64,000 nucleotides of DNA from Takakia lepidozioides (Eukaryota; Plantae; Bryophyta): positions 15,004,001 to 15,068,000 of the forward strand of contig CM060733.1 of the NCBI GenBank assembly GCA_030704615.1, read 5' to 3'. The position numbers and the translations under genes are program-made. Shown here in pieces: positions 23,750 to 36,400 of the stretch (its first letter is position 1; every line of letters begins with the position of its first letter). The notes beneath the pieces were generated by a model. That model saw only the letters and a list, made by a program, of their open reading frames with translations, was not told the origin of the DNA and ran no database searches.

Positions 23750-24241
23750 CTAGTAGTGCGGAGCAACGCGAAGCCCTAGTTTTTTGGAGATATTGTAGAA
23801 AGCAGTGGGTAGTGTGGTGGTAAAGAGCAACTTATGGTAAGCATGTGGTTTGGTGTTCAAATCCTGCTAGGTGATACTGTGCAGTAATGTTTGTTAATAA
23901 TAAATATATATTTTGGCTGAGGAGGGTCTCCCAGTCCGGTTGAAGGTTGGAATTAGTACACTCGCCAGTTGGAGTCTGCTCGAAGGTCGCCGGTCCGCTC
24001 GCCAATCGCCGGTCTGCTCGCCAATTGTCTGTCCGCTGGCCAGTCCCCTCGTCAGTCCTCCCGAAGATTGGAGTCAGTCTGCTAGAGGAGTTAGTCTCTT
24101 GGAGGGTACGAAGAACCAGGACTTGAAAAAATTCAGAATCCGGACCCGATGAATAGGCTGTGGGTTTATCCGCTCACCCCATGGGCCGTACTGGCGGGCC
24201 CATAGGTGCATTGAAATCGCTATCATCAAACAATGAGAGGC
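23750..24241. mobile_element. Truncated inverted copy of the Mutator-like MITE at 10957-11433
   Basis: Shares CATGGGCCGTACTGG..GGCCCATAGGTGCATT and the terminal AATGAGAGGC. Contains tRNA-like A/B boxes at ~23809-23866. Confidence 0.75.
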
Positions 24242-24876
24242 AGGATGCTTATGTGTTCAATTGATGGATGAATGGAGATATTTATGAATTTATTACTATA
24301 GATTGTTAGTATGGATTTGGTTGCATGGTATGACCATAAGTACCTTAAATCAGAGTGGATCAGAGGTTGGCACATGCTCCCAATTAGATAATTTTTATCA
24401 AACACATACTAGATTCTAAAAAATTCTAGTACATAATATAGATAAATAGATAAATGCTTCCAATCACTCGCATAAGCCAAAAGCGAACCAAAAACATATA
24501 TATATGTATTTATTTATTTATCTCTTACCTACATAAGTAGGCTAAGTGCGCATCGCGCCTTGTTTTTTTCCCCGTTTAGTAAAAGTTTGAGGGCAATTTT
24601 TGAGGGCTTCTATTCCCTCTTTAATTTTTTTTCTTTAAAGAAAAAATATAAATTCAATATTGACAATTTAATGATATGACACTACAAAGACAATAGGTTC
24701 ATGAGCAATAAACTGGCATGTGCCATTGGCACAAAAGACAAATGAATGGCCAATATGCCAGAAAATCTGCTTATTTTCATGAATTTCCAATGACAAATAA
24801 TACTTGAAATTCAATGTCCCACACCACAGGTCCAGAAATTATGAAACCTCTGGATGCACCCCCGGGGCCTACTCAG

Positions 24877-25160
24877 CAGTGATTGTTTTCGTAAATTTGA
24901 AAAATAGCTCGAGTGGCTATTCAGTTTTACAAGAAATAGCTATATATTCTGTCCATCCATTGAAATGGATAGAATCATCCTCTTATGTACTTTCATCCAT
25001 TCATATCATCCATATTTGCCGAATTCATCCATTATTATTTTATCTTTGTAGAAGTTTGGCGATTTCATCCATGGAAAAATTGGGAATTTATGACAGAATA
25101 TTCCATTTTCATTTTTTGAGGTTGCCATTTGGCGATTTTTCGCCAAGAAAGAAAACACTG
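24877..25160. mobile_element. hAT-type MITE (284 bp, empty form)
   Basis: CAGTG...CACTG termini and 8-bp TSD CTACTCAG (24869-24876, 25161-25168). Confidence 0.9.
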
Positions 25161-25564
25161 CTACTCAGTGAGGGCTTTCCAGCAGTATCAGGTACCCGGT
25201 CAGAGACCTTGCGGCTTAGGAGATCTCAACATACATAGAAACAAACAAAACAAAACAAACTGCGTTGTTTAATACATTGATACCTATTTACATTTATGAC
25301 CATGTGTATTAAAAGACAATTCAAGGGCCAATTTTACAGAAAACCCAATTTGCTATTTTCTAAGAATTTCCAAAGAGCTAGGCTTATGACAACTTTACCA
25401 TGTTCTGGTTGGTCCCACTTTTGGTATTGGTCCTTAGATGCCTATGTCTGGCCATAATTGAGACTAACATTGTTATAGAAACTACAAAAGCCAAGTCCAT
25501 GATTGACTGGTGGGGTTGACATAACACCGAGCTTTAGATAAAAGAGAAGATTTGAAACCAACTT

Positions 25565-25596
<32 letters not shown>

Positions 25597-25599
<3 letters not shown>

Positions 25600-26013
25600 G
25601 CCTCCCGAAGGGAGCCTAGATTAAGGTGTCTCTTCACCACAAAGGCTATTGCCTTCCAGCTGAAAGGTGGACACCTTCATGACCAGACCATGGTTTAACC
25701 GTGGTATGTGCCCCTGGGCTACATGTTGGTTGTCCAACTTCAAAATATTTACCTTTTGGTGTAAGTGGGGGAGCACACTCCGACAGTAGTCTAATCCTAA
25801 AAGAAAACCTCAAGCTATCTCTAAAGTACACTACTCCCCTCATATGTATAACTTCGCAGCTCTCGCATTGCAATAATTCGTAATAAAAGAAAGATTGAAA
25901 GTGGCCAGCTTGCCACTAAGAAACTGGTATAGAGCCCCCTTGAAAGAGGGTAGTATCCGAGTAGTATCCGTAATGGGAAGAGGCTCTTATTTACGCTAGC
26001 TCCCATTGGCGTC
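25597..26013. mobile_element. (TA)n-embedded non-autonomous element with GACGCC...GGCGTC termini
   Basis: Flanked by (TA)n on both sides. The same left end recurs at 32270, 49057 and inverted at ~32910-33008; the same right end recurs at 31560-31599. Confidence 0.7.
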
Positions 26014-28602
26014 ATGTATATATATATATACCTCTTGTAACCTTCTTAGACTAACAATAATCAGGCTGCATAGATAAAAGTATGACACCTCCCAAATGAA
26101 GTTACATTATGTGTGTGGACACCTTTGTGACACCAAACACTGAACTGAACCCACATCCACTTCGGAGGTGGTATGTGCTCATTACCACTTGAACGGACGA
26201 CACGCCCATTTACTTATTAAAGGGCCAACTTCCAAGTCCCAGCCGGCTCGGCCAAGTTATCCAACGTTGGTGGATCATCCCTAACCGATGATAGGAAATG
26301 TCGCTTTCATGTAGGGTTGGCCATTATTATAGGGGGGCCTCTAGAGTGATTGTACCAACACTAGAAAATCTGTGCTTTCATGTAGGGTTGGTCCTTAGTA
26401 TAAGGGGCCCACTAGAGTGATAGTACCAGCACAACACTAATATTCTTCCAAACATCCCGAAACATGTATCTAAATGACTAGGGTATCATCTAAGATGTTT
26501 GAACTTGCTTAAATCCTTGGATGTATTTGATTTCTCAACTTTCTACGGCTTTGCATTGCACTGTACAAAAAAAGCAGATACCGATCTATATCTCTCTCTA
26601 TAGACATGCATTGGACCAACAAACATCTAGAGTGATTTATAGTGATCTAAAGGGAATAACAAGCATCCACAGGGATGTAGAATGATGTATAGGATTCCAT
26701 ACTGATCAAGAGCTGTTGCACCCCAAAAAAACCATATATGTTAAAGCAAAAGACGGCTGATAGCTAGTTTCTTTTTATCCATAATTCTTGGGCATGAGTG
26801 CTTTAGAGGGTAATCATCCCACATAACACGTTAGTTTCCAATTGGCAGGACTTTAAGCAAAAAGAACGTTGCTCAGAAGAAAAAACAAAATCTATATGTG
26901 AAATCCTTTTCTTTGAAATTTTATTTTCGGTGACTAAAAGAAGACGTGGGGGCCCCCATACTTGTAACAATAGTCTCTCCAAAAGAGACTCACAATGGTA
27001 CATCATCAGTTTTAATGAAAACAATGTAACATTAATATCTTTGTCAAGAGGGCCAACTTAGTTAGTGTGTAAGCTGAAACTAAGAGCATCTCATGCGGTG
27101 CAAGCCGAATGCCTCATCAAATGCATTGTACTCGCCCGTTGGCGGGGCCAATTTCCAAGATAGCGGAGGAGTAGAAAAGAACCCCTTGCCGCGCAAGCCT
27201 CATGATGTCTCGCTATCTTATCTTTGCTCCACTAGCAGTAGGTAGTCATTTAGAGGCACGGCCACGTCTGAACGTCTTCTTAGTTTTCGCAAGCATGTGC
27301 TCTTGTCAATTTAGCTTGGGGTGGAGTCGCTGCCATGGCCACATGCGCGCAGTAGCCCCACTAGTTGGGGTTGCAGAAATGTGTAGTCAGAAAAGGGTGT
27401 CCAAACGGATCAAACATACTGGCGGCCCAGGTTTGGAGCCCAATATATAGGCGAAATTTGGCGAGGGAATTACAAATTTGAGCGGTCCCACACTAATTAT
27501 TTGGCATTATTGCACCATTGGGGTTTAATTTTGGCCCCACCTTATGCGGCGGAACTACATTGGCTAGGGGGGTCTTTACCAAAAGGGCAACACTATGGCA
27601 TGCAGTGGGAGATGTCACTTTCTACTTGTTTGTCTTTAAAGTATCTCCTGTAGCTTATCATTTGATAACCTATTGCATCCTTTATGAGCCCTCCACACCA
27701 TGGACAAGGGATGAGATGAAACACAAGATGACAATTGCCCCAATTCACCTTGGCCGCAATCTTACTAGTGTTTGTCAACATTTTGATATGATGGTCTTCA
27801 CATCAATTATCTATTTGGTTCTTCCAACCTAGCTTTATCACCTTCTTCTTCATGCTCTTTTTTTCATAGTGATCACATATTTCAGCCGTGCCAACTTCTT
27901 GGTAGAATTACTCATACATCATCCTCGTCCTGTCCAATCTCATCCATGTAGTCCAAAAAGTAATTGCAGTATTCTCTTTTCTTTTCTTTTCTTTTCTTTT
28001 CCATCTCTCACTCTTTTGCCTTTTTCAGCAAGTACAATTAAGAAACAAATGGGAAAAGAAATTCTCTCTTCTAGCTACAATTTATGCATGCAATAGTTCA
28101 AGGCATATATACCGTCCAATCTTTTCTAGATACATAAACAAGACATAATTAATTAATTAGTTGAAATGGAGGCACATATCTATGGCCTTCAAGATTCATC
28201 AAAGAACACCGACCATGATCTCTTGAAGAAGAAATTTGAATTGTTTTCATACTTGGTCCACCTTCCACCAAGTCCAAATCACATGGAGTTCAATAATATT
28301 TTTTCCACTATAATCTCATGTAGGCGTCACTTTTTTTTCCCACCAAAGCAACCAAGAAAAAATTATTGGCCAGTGGGAAGGCTCCAAACTTTGTAAAGTC
28401 TTAGTGATCCCTAACGATCGGGCCTAAAATACTAATATGGTAGGGACCAATTGGAGAAGTGTCCAAGGAAGGAGTGCCCAGGAAGCAAATCAGCGAGGAT
28501 TCAATTTCTGGGATTGCTTGGCGCTTGTAGTCTAGCCTGGAGGTATGCTTCCATGCCATTTCTAATTTTTATTTTTATTTGTAGCCATGATGCCATGCCC
28601 GC

Positions 28603-30275
28603 CAGGGCTTGACACCCCCTCAGGCAATCCTTGATTTGCAGCCAGCAGGAGCCCAGTCAAATCCTCCCCACCCCTCGCCGCCAATGTCGCGTCATGGCCG
28701 GACCACACCAGTCCCCGCCCCCGCCCCTATCACCCTTGTTCCCCATCCCATCGACCCGAAGTCCACCAATCTCGTATCACCATGCCCTCGCATCACCCCA
28801 CCCCATCCCATGTCACCCCATTTTGTGTCACCCTACTATATTATGCCACCCCACCACATGTAACCCCATCTCGGGTCACCCCAGCATCCCTGCGCATGTA
28901 ACCCCATGTTGTGTCACCCCAAACCATGTAACCCCATATCATATCACCCCGCAACATGGGTGGCTGCAGTCTAGAGTGCCTCAAAATGGGCAGATGGAAC
29001 CTACACAAAGAGCCCAAAAACTTTATTTTGGTTTTCTCATAGTGAATAGCCAATTGTAGGCTCAACTCCATGAACTGTTCATGTGATGTCATTTCAAAAA
29101 TGGTAGCAAAAACGTTGTCGAGAGGTCCCGTTGAAAATGCCATTACCTTAAATCCTCTAGACCACGACTCACACAATTTTTCAGTTCCATCCCCGGCCCA
29201 CTCTTCCCTAGTGCAAATACTCCTAAGAGATGGGTGATATGGGGTGGGGTTACACGTTGGAGGATGACACAAAATGAGGATATATGTGGGCAGTTGCAGC
29301 GTAGACTATCCATAATTTGGTGTCACAGTGTAATTTTGGCGGTACAATATAAGAAATGGCCCATACAAGCACACTTTGATGAAAGTGAGATAAAAAGACT
29401 TCATATCTCAAGCCTCATCATGAAAATGTAACAGTCCATAACAAACATAACAAACATCGTAATGGTTTTTTTCCATTTCTTTTATTAGGTTGAAGATTAT
29501 AATAAAAATTTAGATTTAACATAAGATTAGTCTAATCTTAAAGAATCTGAAATGAGAAAGAAAAGGCAAAAACATTGATGCCCTAATTTTGTGTAATGTT
29601 TTACCCACCAAATTATCCAATTTCTTGTTTATGAAAATGAAGTAAATTAAGTTTAACAAATCTCTTCACAAAAGTCATCCCTCGTTTGTCACTCCATCTT
29701 CTGTAAGCCCACCAAACATTGATACCAGATGAGTGAGGGGCGCTGAACCTTTGGAGCGAGTATCAACAATGAGCCCTAACCCATAATACGAGACTGGTAT
29801 GGGTTGGCGCCCTTTTTCCCAAACCCTAGTTTGCCTACATCCTGGTATCGGCCCATCAAAGACTAGGCTGGTCTGGTCCTAATACAAGTATTGATACCAG
29901 GGTTGATACGAGGGGCACTTTCCAATACCAGATAACATGAGATAGGGTTACGTGGGTCGGTAAAACAAGAACAGGTGTTTCATGTGGTGGGTTGACATGA
30001 TCGGGGTGACACTAGGTAGGATTACATAATCCAGGGTGACACGAGATTGGGTTACATGGTTTGGAATGACACTAGGTGGGGTTACATGCTCAGGGGTGAC
30101 ACAAGATGGGGTTACATGGGGCGGGTTGACACCAGATGGATGGGGAAAGAATTGGAGTTGTGCTGCGATGGGACTCGATCGGACAAGATCGGGTGGGGAG
30201 GATTTGATCAGGCCTTGCCGGCAACTATTCAGGAGGTGGAAAATCGGCCTGGCGCGCTTGCATCAAGTTCTTACT
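28603..30275. repeat. Pair of inverted, diverged ATGTAACCCC-repeat elements
   Basis: 28603-28960 and 29940-30275 share TCAAATCCTCCCCACCC and the periodic array in opposite orientation. Confidence 0.55.
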
Positions 30276-30409
30276 GTATTCCTATCGTCAGACAGAAGTG
30301 GGTAAGAAAAGGAAAAGGAGAAAGGTAAAGCAACTCAAGCCAACTCAATCAGGGTTACTATTCTACCAAAGGACCAAAACCTGAGGAGGAGTGCATTAAC
30401 AAGCTGCTC

Positions 30410-30706
30410 ATAACATTGGATTGGATGAGGCCGAATCCGTTGGCTAAGACGCAACCATGTTGTAAGTCATTTGTAGTGGAACCCACCTTCCCACCTTTGC
30501 TTGTCGGGTGGGTCCGTGCATTCCGGGAGGTAGCCGGATTGTAGTCAAGGGAGGGATCACAATGTGTTTAAGATTGACGGAGCGCTTGGCCTTTGACTGT
30601 TGCAGAGGGAAGCTGAAATTTGCACACAACCACCTTCTTCCACAATGCTATGGCAATGGTGGAAAGAGTCCGCACTTTGCTGGGTGGACATGGCCTCCTT
30701 CATGAA
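30410..30706 (+). pseudogene. Truncated duplicate of the MFS gene upstream region and start of exon 1
   Basis: Colinear with 33180-33545, e.g. GACGCAACCATGTT, GAGGGAAGCTGAA, and MVERVRTLL-VDMASFM versus MGGRFRTLLLVDMAAFM. Confidence 0.75.
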
Positions 30707-32350
30707 CTAGGTTATCACTACGTGGAAAGGGATTACCGCATATAATGGGGAGCCTTTGCGTCAAGCCGCGAGAAAGTGAGGGCGACCCAATATATCCTCT
30801 AAGTAATCGCTTGACATGTGACCATTTCCTCACTTCACTGTAGAGAGCTCCCATAGGCCCCACCTCCCAAAGGGGGCAGTAGCCGCAGTGCGAAGTGGCT
30901 TCGGCCGAAGTATTCTCTCTCTCTAGAGAGCTCCTGGATGAAGTGAAGGCTCTCTGATGTACAGCCGGCCTCTTGGATGAAATGAGCTCCTAGATGACGC
31001 GCAATGATTACAAGGAGACAATTGATTACTGCGTCATACTGGTGCGATCCTGGCCGTTGAAAAATATAAGATCTGTTCAATCATACATTAAGGAAAGGAA
31101 CACTAGTGTTGGGTATTTCCTTAATTTGCTGGCAAAGCTACCCCCTCTGGGTTGTACTATGGGCTTGGAAGGTTCTATACTTTTGGAACCACAGGATCCA
31201 TGCAGGGCTGGACACTAAGTACATGGGGGCACGATACACCCTTAGTAGCCTTAGGAACTTGTGGAGGGCACGCCATTGAGAAAGTGGGCATGTAAGGAAC
31301 CAACAGAGGTGAAGTGGGCCATCTCTGCAGTGAGCAGTACCTGGGTCCAAAGGGCTCTTAACACCGCCATCTTTAGTGGGTCCACAAGTTATTGCAACAC
31401 CGCTAGTACCCAAAGAGAACCCTAATCCCAACAACATGCCTGCTCCCACGTCGCACTCTTGCTTCTTTTATAAAGTTGGTATATGTATGTATATTTTATA
31501 GTCTACATTTATTGCATGATTTGCTGGTTTGTGGTGTTTGTTTATCTTATAATGCAGATGGGGAAGAGGCTCTTATTTACGCTAGCTCCAGTTGGCGTCA
31601 TATGTGTGTGTGTGTGTGTATAATGTGGTTAGAAACCCAGATGCACAATTGTCGATCATCAGTCGACCTGATAAGAACATCCTTTCATGTATCGGACCTA
31701 TCGAAAATGGCTGGGTACTTTTATCACTTCAATGTATGGGGTGACCGGCCCCCCTCCAAGCCCTCCATGTACCAGACTTATTGTAAATGGCTGGGTACTC
31801 TTACCACTTCAATGTTTCGGCCGGTCACCCCCTCCAAGTCAGTGCTTTTGTAGCTCCGCAGGGTAACATGGAAAGGAGCTGGGGGATGGGTCCTGCAAAT
31901 TGCGTTGAGTTCGGACCTGCATGTGCCCAATAAAGGCCCACCATGACCAGGCAATTTGATATGTAGAGATGTTAACAGTTACTGGGGATCTCTTGTTCCA
32001 CATCAATCACACTACAGTCCAAATATCACCTGCTTGCGATCTCCACATTATTGTGGAAATGCTTAAGGAGGCCCCCTTATTTTCTCCAAGTGCTCCCCAC
32101 GAACTCCTAAATTTGCGGCCCTAGCTCCCCCCGCCCCACATGGAATGAGGCTCTTAACCAGGTTTGGTGGGCCATCTCCAAAGCTACGACCTAGTCTCAT
32201 GGATGAGGCTGTATCTGGCAGTGAATATTCATCCACAGAAATGAACCTTACCAAAATAAAGTAAAGTATGACGCCTCCGGAAGGGAGCGTAACTTATGGT
32301 GTCACTTCACCACAAAGACTACTTCCTTCCAGCTGAAAGGTGGACACCTT

Positions 32351-32475
32351 CATGACACACCAGACCGTGGTTTGAACCCACAACCACATCCTCATGACAC
32401 ACCAGACCGTGGTTTGAACCCACAACCACATCTTCATGACACACCAGACCGTGGTTTGAACCCACAACCACATCC
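32351..32475. repeat. Three ~39-bp tandem repeats inside the GACGCC-family left end
   Basis: CATGACACACCAGACCGTGGTTTGAACCCACAACCACAT occurs three times. Confidence 0.9.
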
Positions 32476-33491
32476 AACGTGGTATGTGCCCATTACCAAT
32501 GGGCTACATGCTGGTTGTCAACCTTACCAACATTTTAGCTACCTACCACATCTATCTACTCACAAGATTGTGCAAGAATTGACTTTCAGAATTGGTAGGT
32601 TATACTAAAAATGCAGGGCAGTTTTTCCAACTCCACACAAATATGACTGAAAGAATGTAGTTTGACAAAGGTCATTTCCCAGATTTTTATCTTTCATGAA
32701 GCAATGACCTCCACATTCACAAACCATGGAGGGAGATCATATGTCCTCTCCAAATTTGGGGACATACACATACACTTTTTTTTTCTTTCTTTTCAGAGAA
32801 AGGGGCGGAGCCCTTTAATCGAAGTAGAGGACGAAGAAAAAATAACCTGGTTTGGGGCCATGAGACAGTACAGCAGATCACACACTTTAAGGTACAATGA
32901 AATTGGAGGCCAGTGGTAATGGGCACAGTTGTGTCCACCTTCCTGCTGGAAGACAACAGCCCACCAGGTCAAGAGACACCATAGTTTAGGCTCCCTTGGG
33001 GAGGCGTCAAATATTATTGTTATTCCGTGGATGAAAACGGCTGCGACCGATTGTTGAGAACAGCCAAAGGTTGAAAATCTTGAAAAATAAAATGGGAGCT
33101 TTCAAACCGGCGTCTAGCAGGGCCCCCACTTACCGGAGGTTCCCCATACAAATCACCGAACACTGGAATAGATGGCTGAAAACATGGGATTGGACGAGGG
33201 CGAATCCGGGGCGTGAGACGCAACCATGTTAAGTTATTTGCAGTGGAGCCCAGTTTCGCTTTGTCGGATCCGTGGGGACGTGTGTACCGGCAGGTAAGTA
33301 GACTGATTGTATGGCAATGCAGGATCAGAGTGCGTTCAAGATTGGAGGGGCCAACGTGCGCTTGGCTTTGAAAGTGAGGCTGCGGAGAAGACCCATTTTG
33401 GAGGGAAGCTGAAGTCTGCCTCACGTCAAGTTCAAACAATCACCATCTTCAGGGGGCTGCGGGAGTGGAGCTGGAGCAGGCAGCTGTAGCG

Positions 33492-36400
33492 ATGGGGGGA
33501 AGATTCCGCACTCTGCTCTTGGTGGACATGGCTGCTTTCATGGAGCATGCTGATGAAGCCCTGCTTCCTGCCGTCTACGATGCGGTCTGTACTGTGTGCA
33601 CCCATCCCCACACTGGAAATCATATACTTAACAGAAGATTTTCTGTAATTGGGAAAATGGGTCATGCTTTGGGAAGGCTGCAGTGTGAGATCCGGCTCAG
33701 TGTGTTCGCTGCAATTGAGCGGCTCTCAGAGGTCTCTTGGGTCTGCGACGTCATAATTAAGTGTTAGGTGACAAACGGTTCATTTCTATGGGAGGTGAGC
33801 ACTCCTGGATGAACTTGAATTCAACTGATTGCCTTTGGATTCTGCTTTATACTTTTAAGATCTCGAGCTGTAACGGAACCGTGACTCCCTGCTATAAGTT
33901 CAAGGAATTGGTGGTTTGAGGTGGTAGAGGCAGAAAGACACAAGCTTTACAAGGCGTTCTTCCACCGCAAATAAGATAAAAGTAGAGGGTCGTGATGACA
34001 TATCAATGAACAGCTATAATATGGAGGTGCTCGGACAATGATTGACTCCCTGGTAAACATTGTTTGGAAGAAGTCTGACGTGATTGTCTTCGACTGAAGA
34101 GGCCTTCATTGCAAATCTGCTACGAAAGAACTTGTAGCTATCTGGGAAACCCATTGTTCCGTGAATTAGGGAGATTAATCTACCGAGCACTTTTGGAGGC
34201 CCAAGCCAAAGTTCCTCAATGTCTAAGACTCCATTATCTTGGTCTCACCTATCCTATAATTCTTCATATATGGCGAGTAATCGAGAATAGTAATCGGAGG
34301 TGCAACTTAAATATGTGGAGAAGTCTGTGACGTAGATCAGAGGGTAGCCGAAGGGCTGACTTGGATGTGTTTGTAAACTACCTCCTGGAAGATGTGGGAG
34401 CTGAAGGATCCGAGACAAAGGTATTCTGATACTACCACCAGGCCCCAGGCAGAGTATACAGGGGTTCGAAGTCTATAGAGTCAAGAAGTAATCTAATCGA
34501 GCCAGAAAGTTGACTGAGTTTTGAACAACAAGGTCAGGTAGACAGATAGTGCAGGGGAGATGAAGAGAACCAGATCTTCACATCCTACCACCACGAGTCG
34601 AATTTAACCAGGATTGCTGTTGGGAGCAGATGCATAGTCTCAGAGCCACACAGCTGATCATCAGTGGCCTTAGCGTTACTAGGGAAGCTTCCCCAGAACG
34701 GCTAGTGTGGGCATGAGACAGGAATTCTGACTTCTCCCCTTGGTTTCAAGAGACATGAGTTTAAAGGTGAAGTGGGTACGGTGAGTTGGCTTGAATGGAT
34801 AAGACAAGGCACCCAAGGATTGTTTTCTGTGTCTCCTGTAAGCAAGACCAACCCTGTCTAGCTAAGCCTGGTCTAAGAGAGGACATGCAAAATTTTCCAA
34901 AACCGTGGGTATAAATGTGTGCAAACTCCACTAGGGACTCGCTGAGGTGTAGTATCCGAAAGGTTATGCCCCTCACGCCCAGCAATCAAGGGGAATCCTG
35001 GTCAATCTTCACTTCTATTTCCGCAGAGACCCACAATTAGGACACTCTTTTCCATCTTTCTCAGTGCTTGTGATGTCTGGAACTCTGAAATGGTCAGGTG
35101 GGAAAGGCATTTGGAGTGACACCGTCGGCACTTGGGATGCTCACATTCATACGGGCTCTGGTGCAATCGTTGGCATCACCTCTGGCAGCCTATTTGGCCC
35201 TTACCTACAACCGTATTACTATAATTGCTGTTGGCGCTCTCGGTTGGGGAATTGCCACTGCTGCTGTTGGGGCCTGTACTACCTATTGGCAGGTACTCAT
35301 CAATCTCTCTAAAAAAGAAAACTTGCTTCTTCAGGTGAGCTTGTTTAGGAGGTACTTTTAGATGTGTGTATGTTTCATTTCTGCTCTCAGTTATTAGCAG
35401 TAGAGCTTGCAGCAAGAGTGCTCTGTGTGAAACTGTATCACATCTGTGATATTAGCGTTGACACCAACGTGTCCTAACAATATTATTGAGTGTTCAGTTG
35501 GATATCTGAGGAATTATTCTTTTTCTCTCTTGGATGGAGACAGGCAGCGATAGCTAAAGGATTCAATGGTATTGGGTTAGCCATTGTGCTGCCTACTTTA
35601 CAATCCTTAGTCGCAGACTTTCACAAAGATGGTAGTCGTGGTGTGGCGTTTGGATGGTATTATGGTGCAAGCCGATTTGGAACTGTGATAGGTGGCATGT
35701 TTGCTACCCTGATGGCGGGACGGATGATCGGGATTCTCGCTGGATGGCGCTTTGCTTTCGTTTTTGTGGCCTTCTTGAGTTTGCTCTTGGCAGCTGCTGT
35801 CTACATGTTTGCTCAGGATGTGCAGCCAGAATCAGATTTCTGCTTGACCAGGTAGCTCACATATCTACATTGACATGTACATTTACCTTTGAAATATGGC
35901 AATTCCAATTCTGACTTGGATTGCAGAGCCAAAATTGATTTCTAATATGATGTCAGTGCCAGGCCTGAAATCAGCACTCTACCAGCATGCAAGTGTATTG
36001 CTGCTTCCCAAGGTTGGTATCCTATGCAATATGATACAGGGCCAACAAATCAACTCCACCCAGGCATATGACCATCTGTTGCTGCACCACCCGGACCACC
36101 TCACATCCAGGAGTGTGTTTCACCGCTTGGGCTATTTACCAGATCTCTCTCTCAATTGTTTTCTTGCTGTTCTACTGTGTGCCATGTTCAAATACTTCTT
36201 TTTCTGTCTTTAACTCTCTCTCTCCTCCCCCTTATAAAGCACCAGTTCATTTCATTTCTCTCCTCCCCCTTACCTGTTCTTTTGTTGAACAGAATTATTT
36301 TCCTTCTCCTTCTTTTGGCAATCTATCATATTGCAGATTGCATTATGACTCTTACTGAACTTTGAAGCAGATGGGAATCATGAAGAATTGTGTGTAGCTA

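Noticed and set aside
27081-28400. PIF/Harbinger-like end (TAA GAGCATCTC) and decayed transposase
   Set aside because: No matching opposite terminus or convincing protein motif found.
33680-35020. Possible decayed L1 LINE in MFS intron 1 (also 37740-38340)
   Set aside because: Composition is suggestive but I could not recover diagnostic RT or endonuclease motifs.
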